From assembly GCA_000708835.1 (NCBI GenBank), contig DF237005.1, forward strand, positions 101,943-165,942: DNA of 64,000 bases, written 5' to 3'. Made by a program: the position numbers and the translations under genes. Of this stretch, positions 36,901 through 48,900 are shown in pieces. This stretch comes from Klebsormidium nitens. Taxonomy: Eukaryota; Plantae; Klebsormidiophyceae. Numbering within the stretch: position 1 is the stretch's first letter; each line of letters starts with the position of its first letter. Below the pieces are notes generated by a model. That model was not told where the DNA came from and did not search any database. It saw only the letters and a list, made by a program, of their open reading frames with translations.

Positions 36901-39900
36901 GAACTCGGACGCATCGTCAGATTCCGGAAGCTATATCAGAGCAGGGCAAAAGCTATGCAGTTCGTTGCTTACCAGTAGGGAAGCTCCACGACGCCCTGGA
37001 AGCACGAAGGAAATCGTGTCAGTCATGAAACGAGACCGGTAGCTCACAAGTGCAATCCTGTGCAGCCAATCAAGCAGTAGAAGGAGCCAGCCTGCGAAAA
37101 GTCTTTAGATCCGACTATCGGAATCTCTCGATTTGTCAAGTCAGATGCATACGGTAGTGAAGTGACGGGTCCAAGACGTTACAACAAAACCCTTGAGCCA
37201 TTACGTCTCTAGACGCCTCAGCTCATCGCACAAAAACCGTGTGGCAAAAGGCACAATTCCACGCCCCATGACATTCTCAACTTCAGGCATTCAAGATATC
37301 GAACCCGTTTCCCATAGTGGTCCTTTGAATTCGCAAGTCATCAGCAAGACCTCGGCGAGGGGGCGCCGCGAAATGCGTGCGCCACACAAGCCCAAAACCC
37401 TGATCCTGAGAATACCCCCTGGAAACCCTAGAAGCTTGAACACTCGCAAAACGCATCTCACCACAGCAAGAGCGTGCGGCAGCGGGGCACCCGCGCCCCA
37501 AAAACAAACCCCCAACCCCTAAACCCCATACATAGAAATCCTGTGAATCTATAACCTTATTTAAGACCTAAAACTCCTTGCATTTTACAGCGGCAAGAGC
37601 GCACGAGACGCGCACTAAAATTAGCGCGATGCTATTCTTGGAACCCTGATCCTTAGAAATCGTAAACCCCACGAGGCTAGAAATGGATCTTACCGCGGCA
37701 AGAGCATACGGCAGAGGCGCGTACATCCCCGCAGGCCGCTCGCGGTAGCTGACCGCGCGCTCGATGGCGATCACGGGCTGCACATTGTTGGCGTTGTTGA
37801 CGCCCAGCATCAAGACGACGAGGTAGAGCGCGCCCATAACTGCGGAGGGGGTTGAGAAGCATGGTTAAGATGCGGGTTAAGGTCTGATGGTTAACGATCA
37901 GGCATGCAGAGTATGCTCAGAAAGGTCGATAGCAACCACGGGCTGCACTCCAATCACAATCCAACGCGTTCTAACCTAATGGATGCAAGAGGACTTGGTG
38001 TTCAACTCTCACCGTTGACACGTCCCCAAACCACGAACTGACGCACTCTGACCCAGTTCTCGAAAACAAGAATAATAATTAACCCTCACGGTTAAGCACG
38101 TCCTGCTGCGTGCCCCGCTCGGAGCCAAGCCCCAGAAATTCCGTCCCGACTTCGATTACCAGATGAACCCGCACTTTCCGGCTGTCTGAAGGACAACACA
38201 ATGCGATTCTAACCCGGTTCTTCCAAAGTAAGGTTAGCGGATAACCACTTACTGTTAAGGACGTCCTGCTGCGTGCCCCGCTCGGAGCCGAGGCCTAGGA
38301 AGACCGTCCCAATGATGAGCGCGATCACGAGCGTGAAGAAATAGCGTATGGCGTTGTACTCCGGGAAGCGCCAGTACGTTTTGGAGTTCTTCCACACGAG
38401 CGCCTCAAACTGCACAGCCCAGCTGCGAGCGTAGACCGTGTCGAACTTGAGGGGCTCGGTGTCGGGGGGAGGGGTGGCCAGCTCGGCGATCAGCGCGGTG
38501 GTCTGCCTGCAGGGTTAAGGGGTGGGTTCAGGCACGTGCGAGTTCATGATCTGAGAAACTTTTCTGTTGAAAAAAAATTACAGCCGTCACCAGACCCCCT
38601 GGCAGTCCTCAAGAGCCAGATTTGCAAGGGGCAAATCCATTCGCCCATGATGGATGCAAATTTTCCAAAGCGAAGGTGCTTGCCTATTTGATCAAAGATT
38701 GTGCTGAAAGCGTGCAGCGTGCAGCAGTGTGAATAAGCCATATACTTTCCACTTGCTGACCGACCTCAGAACCATCTTATCCAACGAAAGCAATTCGTTC
38801 GCAACCCCGTACCTCTTGGGTTCAAGGATTACCTCGTATCTTTGAACCCAAACTCTCAGCAGCTCAACCACAGAAGGTTAGCAGCCCAAAACCCCAGAAT
38901 TCTAGCAGTACAAATTCCAAACCGCTCACTTGAAAAGCGTAGACTCGCGGTAAATCTCCGCAAAGTCGCCAATCTTCTTCTCCATGGCCGGCGTGCTGAT
39001 CTCCAGCATCCACGTGGACGGATTGTAGCCGTCCTTGATTCCCGGGATGCCGTCGATCTGCGTAAAGTACTCCACCAGGATCGCAGAGTCCTTTCCCAGG
39101 GGCCCGCAGTAGACCGTGTGCCCGCCCCGCTTGAGAAGGAGCAGCTCGTCGAAAGTCTCGAAGATGTCAATGCTCGGCTGATGAATACTGTACGGAGACG
39201 GGATTGAGAGATCTAAACAAGTACTAGAAAGATGGCTTCTTTGGCATTTATTATCGAAAGGTCATCAAAGTGGTACGAGAGACTGATTTGCAGCTCGTCG
39301 AAGGTCTCGAAGATGTCGATGCTGGGTCGGTGAATGCTGTGCAGGGACGAAATAAAACAATCGGAACGGAACGTCAAGTTATCCTGGTACTTTCGTCTCA
39401 CTTACAAGCTGCAATCGTTGGCTTTTGCTTCGTCAAGCTAACCGGATACCTTCATATGCTGCATTGAGTGGGGGCCAGAGAACGAAATTGGGTAGGTGGG
39501 ACGAAAGAGTGGCTAGTTGTCCTTACAGGAGATGATCGGAGCAATCCCAAGAATGCCTGTTCTTGCGCAACCGATACAGGGCCAGTCTTGGCAGCGACAC
39601 TGAAAAGCTGCTAGAGAAAAAGCTGCTCAATGCCGTTAGGAGCAGGTTTGACATGAGCAGCTCATCAGGTGAGCTGTTAAGAGAAGCCCGCCGTCTCACT
39701 GGGTCGGAAGATATCGGCTAAGGGAAGAGACGGGGCAGAAAGAGAGGGTATTGGATGATATGCAACTTACGTGCAGACGACGGTCCGTCCAGTGTCCACT
39801 GTGTTGCGGACGGCCCTCATGACAATGGCGGCGGCGCGCGCATCCAAACCTGTCAAGAAAGATTCTTAGTCAGATCAGGTCGTTTAGTTTCGGAGCAGAA

Positions 39901-42900
39901 GCTTGCCACAAGGGCCCAGGCTTCTGTGAACACGCAACAGCGAACAAAATGTTGATAATCTTTCACTGCTTCCGTCAGCAGGACCCACGTATCAGTTCAC
40001 GTTAACCAGCCCGCAGTCGGTGACTTCCAGCAGAGCAGAGTAGCACTCGGGTTGTCCTCAAAACCGCATGACTTGGATCCAAATCGTAGAGCAGACCTGT
40101 TTTCAATGCCGTCACTTGCAAGGAATAGAGTTAAGACGGGGGCCCTTGCGGTGTCACGCAAGCACACTTTTTCAACGTCGGGTTCCGAGGTGCTTCGTAT
40201 CTGCTGCAGGCTCGCTCATGATGAGTGTAAAAGGTTTAGCGACCAGTTCCTGGCAGGATGAGCCACATAAGCTGCTCTTCTGAAACGGAGTTATCAAAAC
40301 CCTTTCACTTGACCAATTCTTGCTTACCTGACGTTGGCTCGTCCATGAATATGATGGACGGGTTAGCGACTAACTCCACGGCGATGGTCAACCGCTTCCG
40401 CTGCTCCACCGACAGACCACTGATCCCGGGCAGTCCAACCAGGGCGTCCCGGAGGGTGGTTAGCTCAACCAGCTCCATAACCTCGTCCACAAACCTCTGC
40501 ACGAAAGGACGGGGAGGGCGTGATTCCAGAAGCCAAGCTTGAGGTGCTGGGTGAATTGCCTGTATCTTTAAGGGGAGGTCTATTGACGTTAACGAATGAG
40601 TACTCGACATAGAACAAAACACTGTTCAATGCTTTCCGGTCATGTTGGAATATACAAACGCTACTAGCATGCTCTCGATTCCAAGGGTCGAAAGGGCAAA
40701 TAAATATTTTTGACACAAATTAATTGTGATTGATTAAGAAGCGTCGGCTCGGGAGCACTTGAAAACCCCTTCCCTAAACCCTCAGCGTCTTAACATTCAG
40801 AAACTTGAAACCAAAACCTGCTGCTCACCCCGTGCGTCGGCTTCTCGTCCTCCTAAGAATGGCCAAATTTTAAAAGCCCTAGACACACTAAAACCCCCAA
40901 ACCCCGCGGCTCACCTCGCGCGTCGGCTTGTCGACCTGCGACGGCAGGCGCAGCCAGGCCGAGTAGACGAGCGCCTCACGCACGGTCGCCTGCGGGGAGT
41001 GGATGTCAAACTGCTCCACGTAGCCCGACACGCGCGCGAACGTCGCGTGCTCCTTCGGGTGGCCCGAGATGCGGACGTCACCCGTGATGTAACCCCCTGC
41101 GGCAAACAGAAAGAGTTCCTTGGCCTTAGGTAAAGCGGGTTTGCAACACAGGTGGGGTTAGGTAGGGGGTTAGGGTGCGTGCAGGTGCGGAGCAGGTGAT
41201 CATTGGGTTAGGATTATAGTGAAACCCAAAAAGCTTACTGTTCGCTGGGCTAATAATATTCGTCATCCCAAGCACACGAAAGACCGAGTCTCTTTATGAG
41301 GACTGAAGCGTCGTTTTTCTGAGACAGGTTCTTATTGGTGCTTGGAAAACGAGCCGGTTATGACGGCGAGCTTCGACACACGCTAGTCCGGCAAAAAGTA
41401 GTGATAAGCGAGCACAATCCTGAAGCTGGTGCAAGCACAATGACACAGCGCGGCACAAAAGTCGAGGCTACAAGGAAAACGGTCACCAACGGCCATGAAC
41501 AACGCTGAGGCGAACACTCTGGAAGCAGCGCAGGCAAAGAGTGCGCACGCGAAACGGACTTTCAGCACAGCCAAGAGAGTCGAAGCGCAAGCTTGATATT
41601 GAATCATAGATCGTCGCTCACCTGTTTTCCGCCCTGCCAGCACGTCCATCAGCGTCGTCTTTCCGGCGCCGGACACGCCCATGAGCGCCGTCAGCACTCC
41701 GGGGCGGAACGCTCCGCTCACGGAATGGAGCAGCTGCAGCTTGGAGCCCTTGGGCTGGCCGGAATCCGCCGCCATGTCCGCCGGCATGTCGACGGAGTAG
41801 CAGACGTCGGAGAACGTCATGACGAGGGGCTCGAATGGCAGGACCATTCCCTTGCGGGCTTCCCCCCCGGAAGCGACAAAACTGTTGCGGTAGTCGAGGT
41901 TCGACGGCTGGGGGCGGCCGAGCGAACGTTGGAGGCTTAGAGAGTGGCGGAGGCCGCTGCGGGATGGCTGGGCCAGGGGATCCGCTAGGGGGACCGCGAT
42001 GGCGACTTCGCCGGTGGCTGGAACGAGAGACGCGAGGATGAGTTGGTTGGCTAACAAGCGCTCATTACGCACGCAGGCAGTGCTCGAAGCTTACGTAGAC
42101 AGAAAGAACAAGCGTGGAGAAAGCTGGTCGAATCGCCGATCGCTAGGACCACCACGCGGCAAAAGCTAGAGACGCAAGTGAGCGGAAGAGCGGAAGCTAG
42201 CGAGCATCATGGTGTGAGCAGACCTCTAAACAAAGACTTCAAAGAAAGAATCCAAGTACTTTCTTCTCGCTTTGTTCCACGCAGTAGCGGGCAGTTCAAC
42301 ACTAAGCATGTGCTACGATCGTGATCAGCATCCCAGCAGATTCTCCGCGACTTGCACCCTTTTTTATCCAGGTATAACCTTTACTGGCGCACTGCATACG
42401 TGAACTCACGCACTGTAAAAGTGTACGAGCCTCACCATGAGCCGGAGCGTTTGGAGCCGGTGCGTGTGACCCATTCGCCACGTCACCCATCTCAATGACG
42501 GCGTCACTAGCCGACTGCGGCTCGTCCTCTTGAATGGCACTCAGGCTGTGCACCTTGCTCGACTCGTGCTTGCTGCCCTTGCGTCGCTCCAGCACCTGCT
42601 CCTCCGGCATGGCGCCGACGGTCTTGCCGAAAGCTGCAGAAAGAGGACAAGAAAAGATTTCAAATTGGCTGTCTTGTTTTGTAGTAGGCTGATTGAGTAG
42701 GAAGTTTGGGGCTGTGCATCATCGCGATTTACGCTTGCTGCCCTTGCGCCGCTTCAACACCTGCTCCTCCGGCATGGCGCCAACGGTCTTGCCAAACGCT
42801 GCAAAAGTAGGTAGAGCGGATAAATATTGCGGGTAGTAATCCAAGTAAAACAAATCAGAGCCGAGAACCGTAGGAAGGAATGCCTGTCTGATCCCACAAT

Positions 42901-45900
42901 TTTGGGTCTCCATTGCAAGCCAGTATTGTCGGAGTCTCCCTGACGAAGGTTTTCTGATGACCGCGAAAAAAGCGCCGGCAGGGAGGCCGACCTTGGAACT
43001 TTGAGGAGCGGGTCTTGGCTCATGACCAAAACATTTGTGTCTCAACTTGTGTCATCCTCAGGCTTCGTGCGGACACCAGGAAACACTTCGCCGCTTGTCA
43101 CGGAGAGCAACCTTTCCAAAGACCCAAGCAATCCGCTGGCAATCTTTAGCTTTCCGTTCCTGCAAGCATCTGACCTTCCAGCACGCAGTCGACCGTTCTT
43201 CTCTGATGCCAAGAGCCACTTTTATCACGAGACCAAGCGAGACTTACGAGAGAAACCACTTTCAACTGATGGTCAAGCGACACTCACAAAACAAGCGACT
43301 CACCGGGAATGTTATCAAACGCCAGCACCAGCAGTCCGTTGAAGATCACCGCAAACCCGAGCAGGGTCCCGACGCCGATCCAGACCCAGTTCACATCGGT
43401 GTGAAGGCCCCGCTGCAAAAGCACGGCGTCACCCAAAGTAGCGCCGGTACTATTTGAAGTGTTGGGGACATTCCAGCGGTGCGCCTTGAACTCGTTGACG
43501 GCGAGCGCGTTCTGGGCGTAGGTCAGCGGAGAGATCCAGTAGGCCCACACCCACCACGGGTGGATGTCCTCTGCGAAACGAGAAGCAATTCTTACTTCCG
43601 GTCTTCATTCGATTTTAAGGGAGTTTTTTCTTGATGTCCTCTTCGTTCCGTTTGTCAACAACGACGGCTACGCTCGATCTCGAAAGGACATGTTGAAAAG
43701 CTGGAGAACTCTTTGCGAGTGTGCTGAACCGAATCTGGAAAGCAAAGGAAATAAGCGCTGAACCACGCACATGATTGCCAGGATGAACCCCCTGCAGACG
43801 ATCAGCGCTAGAAAGCAGAACGTAAAGCAGAACGTCTCGCGCAAGGTCGAGGGATCACTCTACTAAATCAAGGAGCGAATGCGGGTTGTAGGAGCAAGGA
43901 CACGAACCCTTAACAAAGACCCTCTCCGTAGTGGTAAAATGTTCGGATCGTGTCATAACCTTCTGAACTTACGTTTCGCCAGGATGCACCCCCCGCAGAC
44001 GAGCAGCACCAGGAAGCAGAACGTGCAAGGTAAGCGCCAGTATTCTAGTCGCGGTCAGAGAACCAGTCAGCTAAGGATTGCTAAGTGGTTCTCTAAAAGG
44101 GGCAAATCCGGACTGTAGACGACCCCTTGTCACAGACCTTCTCCGTAGTGGTAGAGAGAGCGACCTGTCATGATGCCATCTGGACTTACGTTTGGCCAGG
44201 ATGAATCCCCCGCAAACGAGCAGCACCAGGAAGCAGAACGTTCCGCCGGTGTTCGCGGTGACGAGCGTCCGCCCCAACGCGCCCACCAGGCGGAACAGCC
44301 CCACCGCCATCACTTGCGTGGCAACTAGGACGAGGATGAAAATGAAGAAGTGCTGCGCCTCAGGGGCCATTCCCACAACGTAGTAGACGATGGACGTCCA
44401 CACGACGGTCTCGATGATGCAGTATGGGAGTTCCAGGAAGGCGGTGGGGAAGGTGTAGGCCCAACCGGGGTAGAACAGGTTGTCGCGCTGCTTGCAGAAG
44501 ACGGGCAGGCGTTGCACCTGCGAGAGTAGGACCCTGTGTTCGTCTCCGAGTTAAGCTTTCGAGGTTTAGTCTTAATGCTGTATTTCTGATCTGAGGCTTC
44601 AAGTTTAGAAGAGGCGGGGAAGGTGTTCGCCCAATCGGGGTAGAACAAATTGTCACGCTGCTGGCAAGAAGACGGGCTGGGCCTAGTATCTAAGCTAGGT
44701 TACTCGGTCAAGAAAAGTTCTGAGCTTAGTCAGATGGGTTAAGAAGGGTTTGAGTCTGACCGTAAGCGCGACGTTGGCGAAGCGGGATCATGTGGCGAAG
44801 ACAAGGTGGAAAGATAACGGCGCGTGTGAGTCAAATCAGGTCAAGACCAACTGAGTTGGGTCAAGCTGGGTGAGATGGGTGAAACGGGTTAAGAACTAAC
44901 CGTAAGCGTGACGTTGGTAAAGCCAGAGAATACGAGGAAGACGAGGCTGAAGAAGAGGCGCCCACTAAGCTGATTGCTTTCAATGAGTCAAGAAGGTTAA
45001 GCTCGGTCAACCTAGATTAAGTAGCAGCTAACTTCAGTGGGTAGAGGCTGACCGTGAGCGTAACGTTGGTGAAGCCGGAGAACATGAGGAAGACGAGGCT
45101 GAAGAAGAGGACGCCCAGGTACAGCCCGCCGTCCGCAATGTTGTCCGGGCTCAGGGTCGTCCGCAGGAATGTCGTCGCCGAGATGATGGCCACGATAGCA
45201 CACTGCAGGGGGGAAAGAGCAGGCTGTAAGATTGGATTTCAAGCTTTGTAAGTGCACCTGGCATTTGGGGGTGGAGTTTATTCGTGCAAGGTGGGCGACA
45301 CCGAAAAAGAACCCGCGCTCAGATGGTCGCCAGATAGTGTCGGGGGAGGTTGACCAATGATGGCGTCACAAGGGAAGCAAAAACGGGCTAAGAGTGGGTC
45401 GATAAATAGATGACTGAAAAGGTCAACATTTTCCGTTGCCTAAACGAGTCCCGAGAGGGCGACGAGTTGTCGCCTTTCTGGGAGAAAGGATAGCAACACT
45501 TGTCTCTCAGGTGGACGTACTCTTCACGTGAAGATTCTCAAACAGACACTTGCAACAGACGAGCTTGGGAAGCGGGAAAAAAAGGCGACGTGAGCCCGCC
45601 GCCAGGCTCACCATGGTCGCCCGGAAGACCCACAGAAACGAGTTGCGCCGCACCAGAATGATCTCCCGGTGCCACAGCGCCTTATACAACTCATAGCCCT
45701 TAAGCCCGTATCGCTGCGTGGTCAACGCATGCGGGTTGCTCTTCTCTTTCGGAAAGGGCGACGCCAAAGTCTGCGCCGTGAGACGCCCGACTTCGAACTC
45801 GGCAAACGCCGCGACAAAGTCTTGGACGGACACGTGGCGGTACGGCTCGGAGCGGCACCAGTATTGCTGCAGCGAAGATCTTTGTCAAAATTTGGAGTCG

Positions 45901-48900
45901 TAAAGCTTGTCACAATCGGTCGACTGAGGATTTCAAGTCGTGTTGCTGATGTACTCGAACATAACTGGGCAAGTCACTTTATAGGGACAGATTTTGACAG
46001 AAGCTGCTCCTCGCACATACGCTCCTGGTGGCTTGACGAATCAGTACACTGTTAATCATCAGGTCCAATTATACCCTGCGTTGAAAAAACCCTCCAAAGG
46101 ATGCATCGATCTCCTAAAGTTGCTTGAAACTCGTTGCACCGACCTGGGGCAACAGCTCTGACGCTGGTCCCTTCTTCACAAAAAAAGCTCCTGAGAACTC
46201 TACCAAGCCCTCCGTACCCAAGATTGTCAAGCGGCAGAGAGCCCGGCCCAAGTTCCCCTCGAGAAATGTTCAAAGAATCTTATCGTGTGCTATCTTTCCG
46301 GCTATTTCTTTTTGGAGGTCACTTCTTGCAGGGAGTTTACGAAGCCCTTCCTGCCCGAGATCTTGAAGCCGCACAGCTCAAAAAGATCTTCTAGAAGTTC
46401 TCGGACTCGAACTATTGTACCAACTCACCGGCTGGTCTTTCTTGGAGGTCACTTCTTGCAGGAAGTCCGCGACGCCCTTCCTGCCCGGGATCTTGAAGCC
46501 GCACAGCTCGAAGAACTCGAGGACGCGCTCACGTGGGCCGAAGTAGACCACGTGGCCCTCGGAGAGCAGGCAGATCTGCAGAACGGAGCAGCCACGTGGC
46601 GGTCAGCCAAGGGCTTCCCGCAGCGCGCCATAGCGCGCCACAAAAACGCGATTCATAATGCGCATCATCCACGAAAGCATAACGACTTGTTTTGAGTGAA
46701 GTCCGGGGAGAACAGAGTATGGGAAGTACGGAACGCCTCGCGTCTTTGAAAGCGCGAAGACCTCGGGCGGGTTTGACAGCACCCCGCGACACATGACAAT
46801 ATGATCCGGAACGGCTCAAGGTTTGCTCACAACATCAAACAATCTGAAAGTACAGAGCATGAGAAGGATAAGCAGCGAAAGTACGAAAGAAACTCACATC
46901 GTCGAAGAGCTTGATGACATCCAACGCCGGTTGATGGGGCGCGACACAAACATGGTCGAAAATGTTCAATCTTTTATCCACGAACGCAAAAGTCTCCGTC
47001 ATTGAAAGTATCAAAACAGGAACGAGAGCACTGGAAAAGGCAGAAAAGCTCACGTCATCAAAGAGCTCGAAGACCTCGGGCGCAGGTTGCAGCAGTGCGA
47101 TGCAGACGGTGGTCTCCAGGATGTGGCAGTAGCGCTGCAGGCTCTGCACGATCTCGAACGTCGTGCTACTGTCGAGGCCCGTCGAAATCTCGTCCATGAA
47201 GTGCACGTTCATCGGGCCCACCAGCATCTCGCCTGGAACAAGGGTTAGCAACCGGCTTAAGGAGTAGTTAGCACGGGAGTGATTGATTTATTGTGTTGAT
47301 GTTTATGAGTGTGTGAGGCCTACAAACCCCGTCGACATGTTGTGCACGTTCATCGGCCCAACCAGCATCTCGCCTGCCCCAAGGTTGAAAAGCTGGGTCA
47401 GGAGCGCTTAACAAGGACTGGGGTGACCAGAGCTTAGAAGGTCGCCCGTAAAGAGGTTGAGCGGGCTCAAGAGCACAGCTGCCAATGCCCAACGAAGTCT
47501 CTTTCACGAAGCTCGTATTCCTCGAGCCCACGAGCTTTCGCCGGCCAGAACTTGGGGTTCCGATGGAAGTTAGGCAATGGCTAAGGGGATAACCCCCGGG
47601 TCAAGAAGAGCCTAACCAGGCTCAAGAGCAGAGCTGCGAAGGCCGTCAGCCTACTACGTGGACTAAGTCTGGACTTCTGCGGCGGTTCTCTGAAGTACGA
47701 ATAAATGACAAGAATATTGAGAAGGCCTGAAACATAATACAGCAAAGCCGGAAAAAAGATCCCAAAACCTTACCCGTGGTAACCCGCTTCTTCTGCCCCC
47801 CCGAGATGCCCCGCAGCATCTCGTTACCGACCACGGTATCCGCGCACATGTCCAAACCCAGGAGCTTCAGAATGTAGTCGGTCATGATGTGGTTCGGCGT
47901 CCCGCCCAGCGCGCTCGCCTTCACGAACGCGTCGATCGCGGGGTCCGGCAGAATGCGCTGCTCCTTCTCGCGCCGCAACAACTCGCGCAAAAGCTCTGCA
48001 AAGAAGGGAAGGCAAAGACTTGGTGGGTCATACTACATTGGCCCTCAGTAACGTCTGAGGAGGCCCCTGTCTCGTCCGTAACACACGCCAACGGCCAGAC
48101 TCGGCAAAACGTATATGTAGAAGCCCTTACTGTGTATACCACCAGTACTTCCGGTCTAAGTCTCAATACTCCAGTCGTTATTGAGTATTATGGAACCAAA
48201 TGGGTCTATACGACCTTCGCGCACGCCAAGTGCTGTCGCCCTACGCCTTCGAAAAATGATTTGTGCCTAAAACACCTTTCAGATGTCGCTTTCGTGCACA
48301 AGAATTCGTGCACAAGAAGCTCTGACAAGATCGACGCCTTGTGTCATCACAGAAGAGCGAGGCAGAAGAAAATCCTCCGTTTAAGCAGATCTCGATGGCC
48401 CTACTGAGCTCTTGGATCAATTTCAATGTTGTACACAGCGTTTCATGACAGTTCCCAGTATACTCAAAGTTTCCGGACTGTCCGGGACGCTTCAACACGC
48501 AACCGCGTAGTCAGTACCTTCGCGGGCGCCCACGCCCTGGACGCGCGCGGAGAAGTCGAACGTTTCCCGGACGGTCAGCTCGCCGATGTGCGTGTCCGTC
48601 TGGCTGATGTAGCTCGCCGTGCGCTGCGGGACGAACTCCGCGAAAGTGTGCCCGTTGTACGTGATAGACCCAGACGTTTTGACGTTCCTGCACGGGTTAA
48701 GAATCCAGTTTAAACCCGACAAGCTTGGAAACTATCCCGGCTCCTTTTGACGTTCCTGCTCAGAATAGGAAACCGATCAATACCCGGCAGCTTTGGAAAC
48801 TACTTCAGGCCGGGATAACCGGCTACGTGGAAGGGGTGAAACTTTGAAGCTCCGGTGTGGAGAAGAAGCCGGTATAATTGAAGATTTTGTTTTGCGAGCT

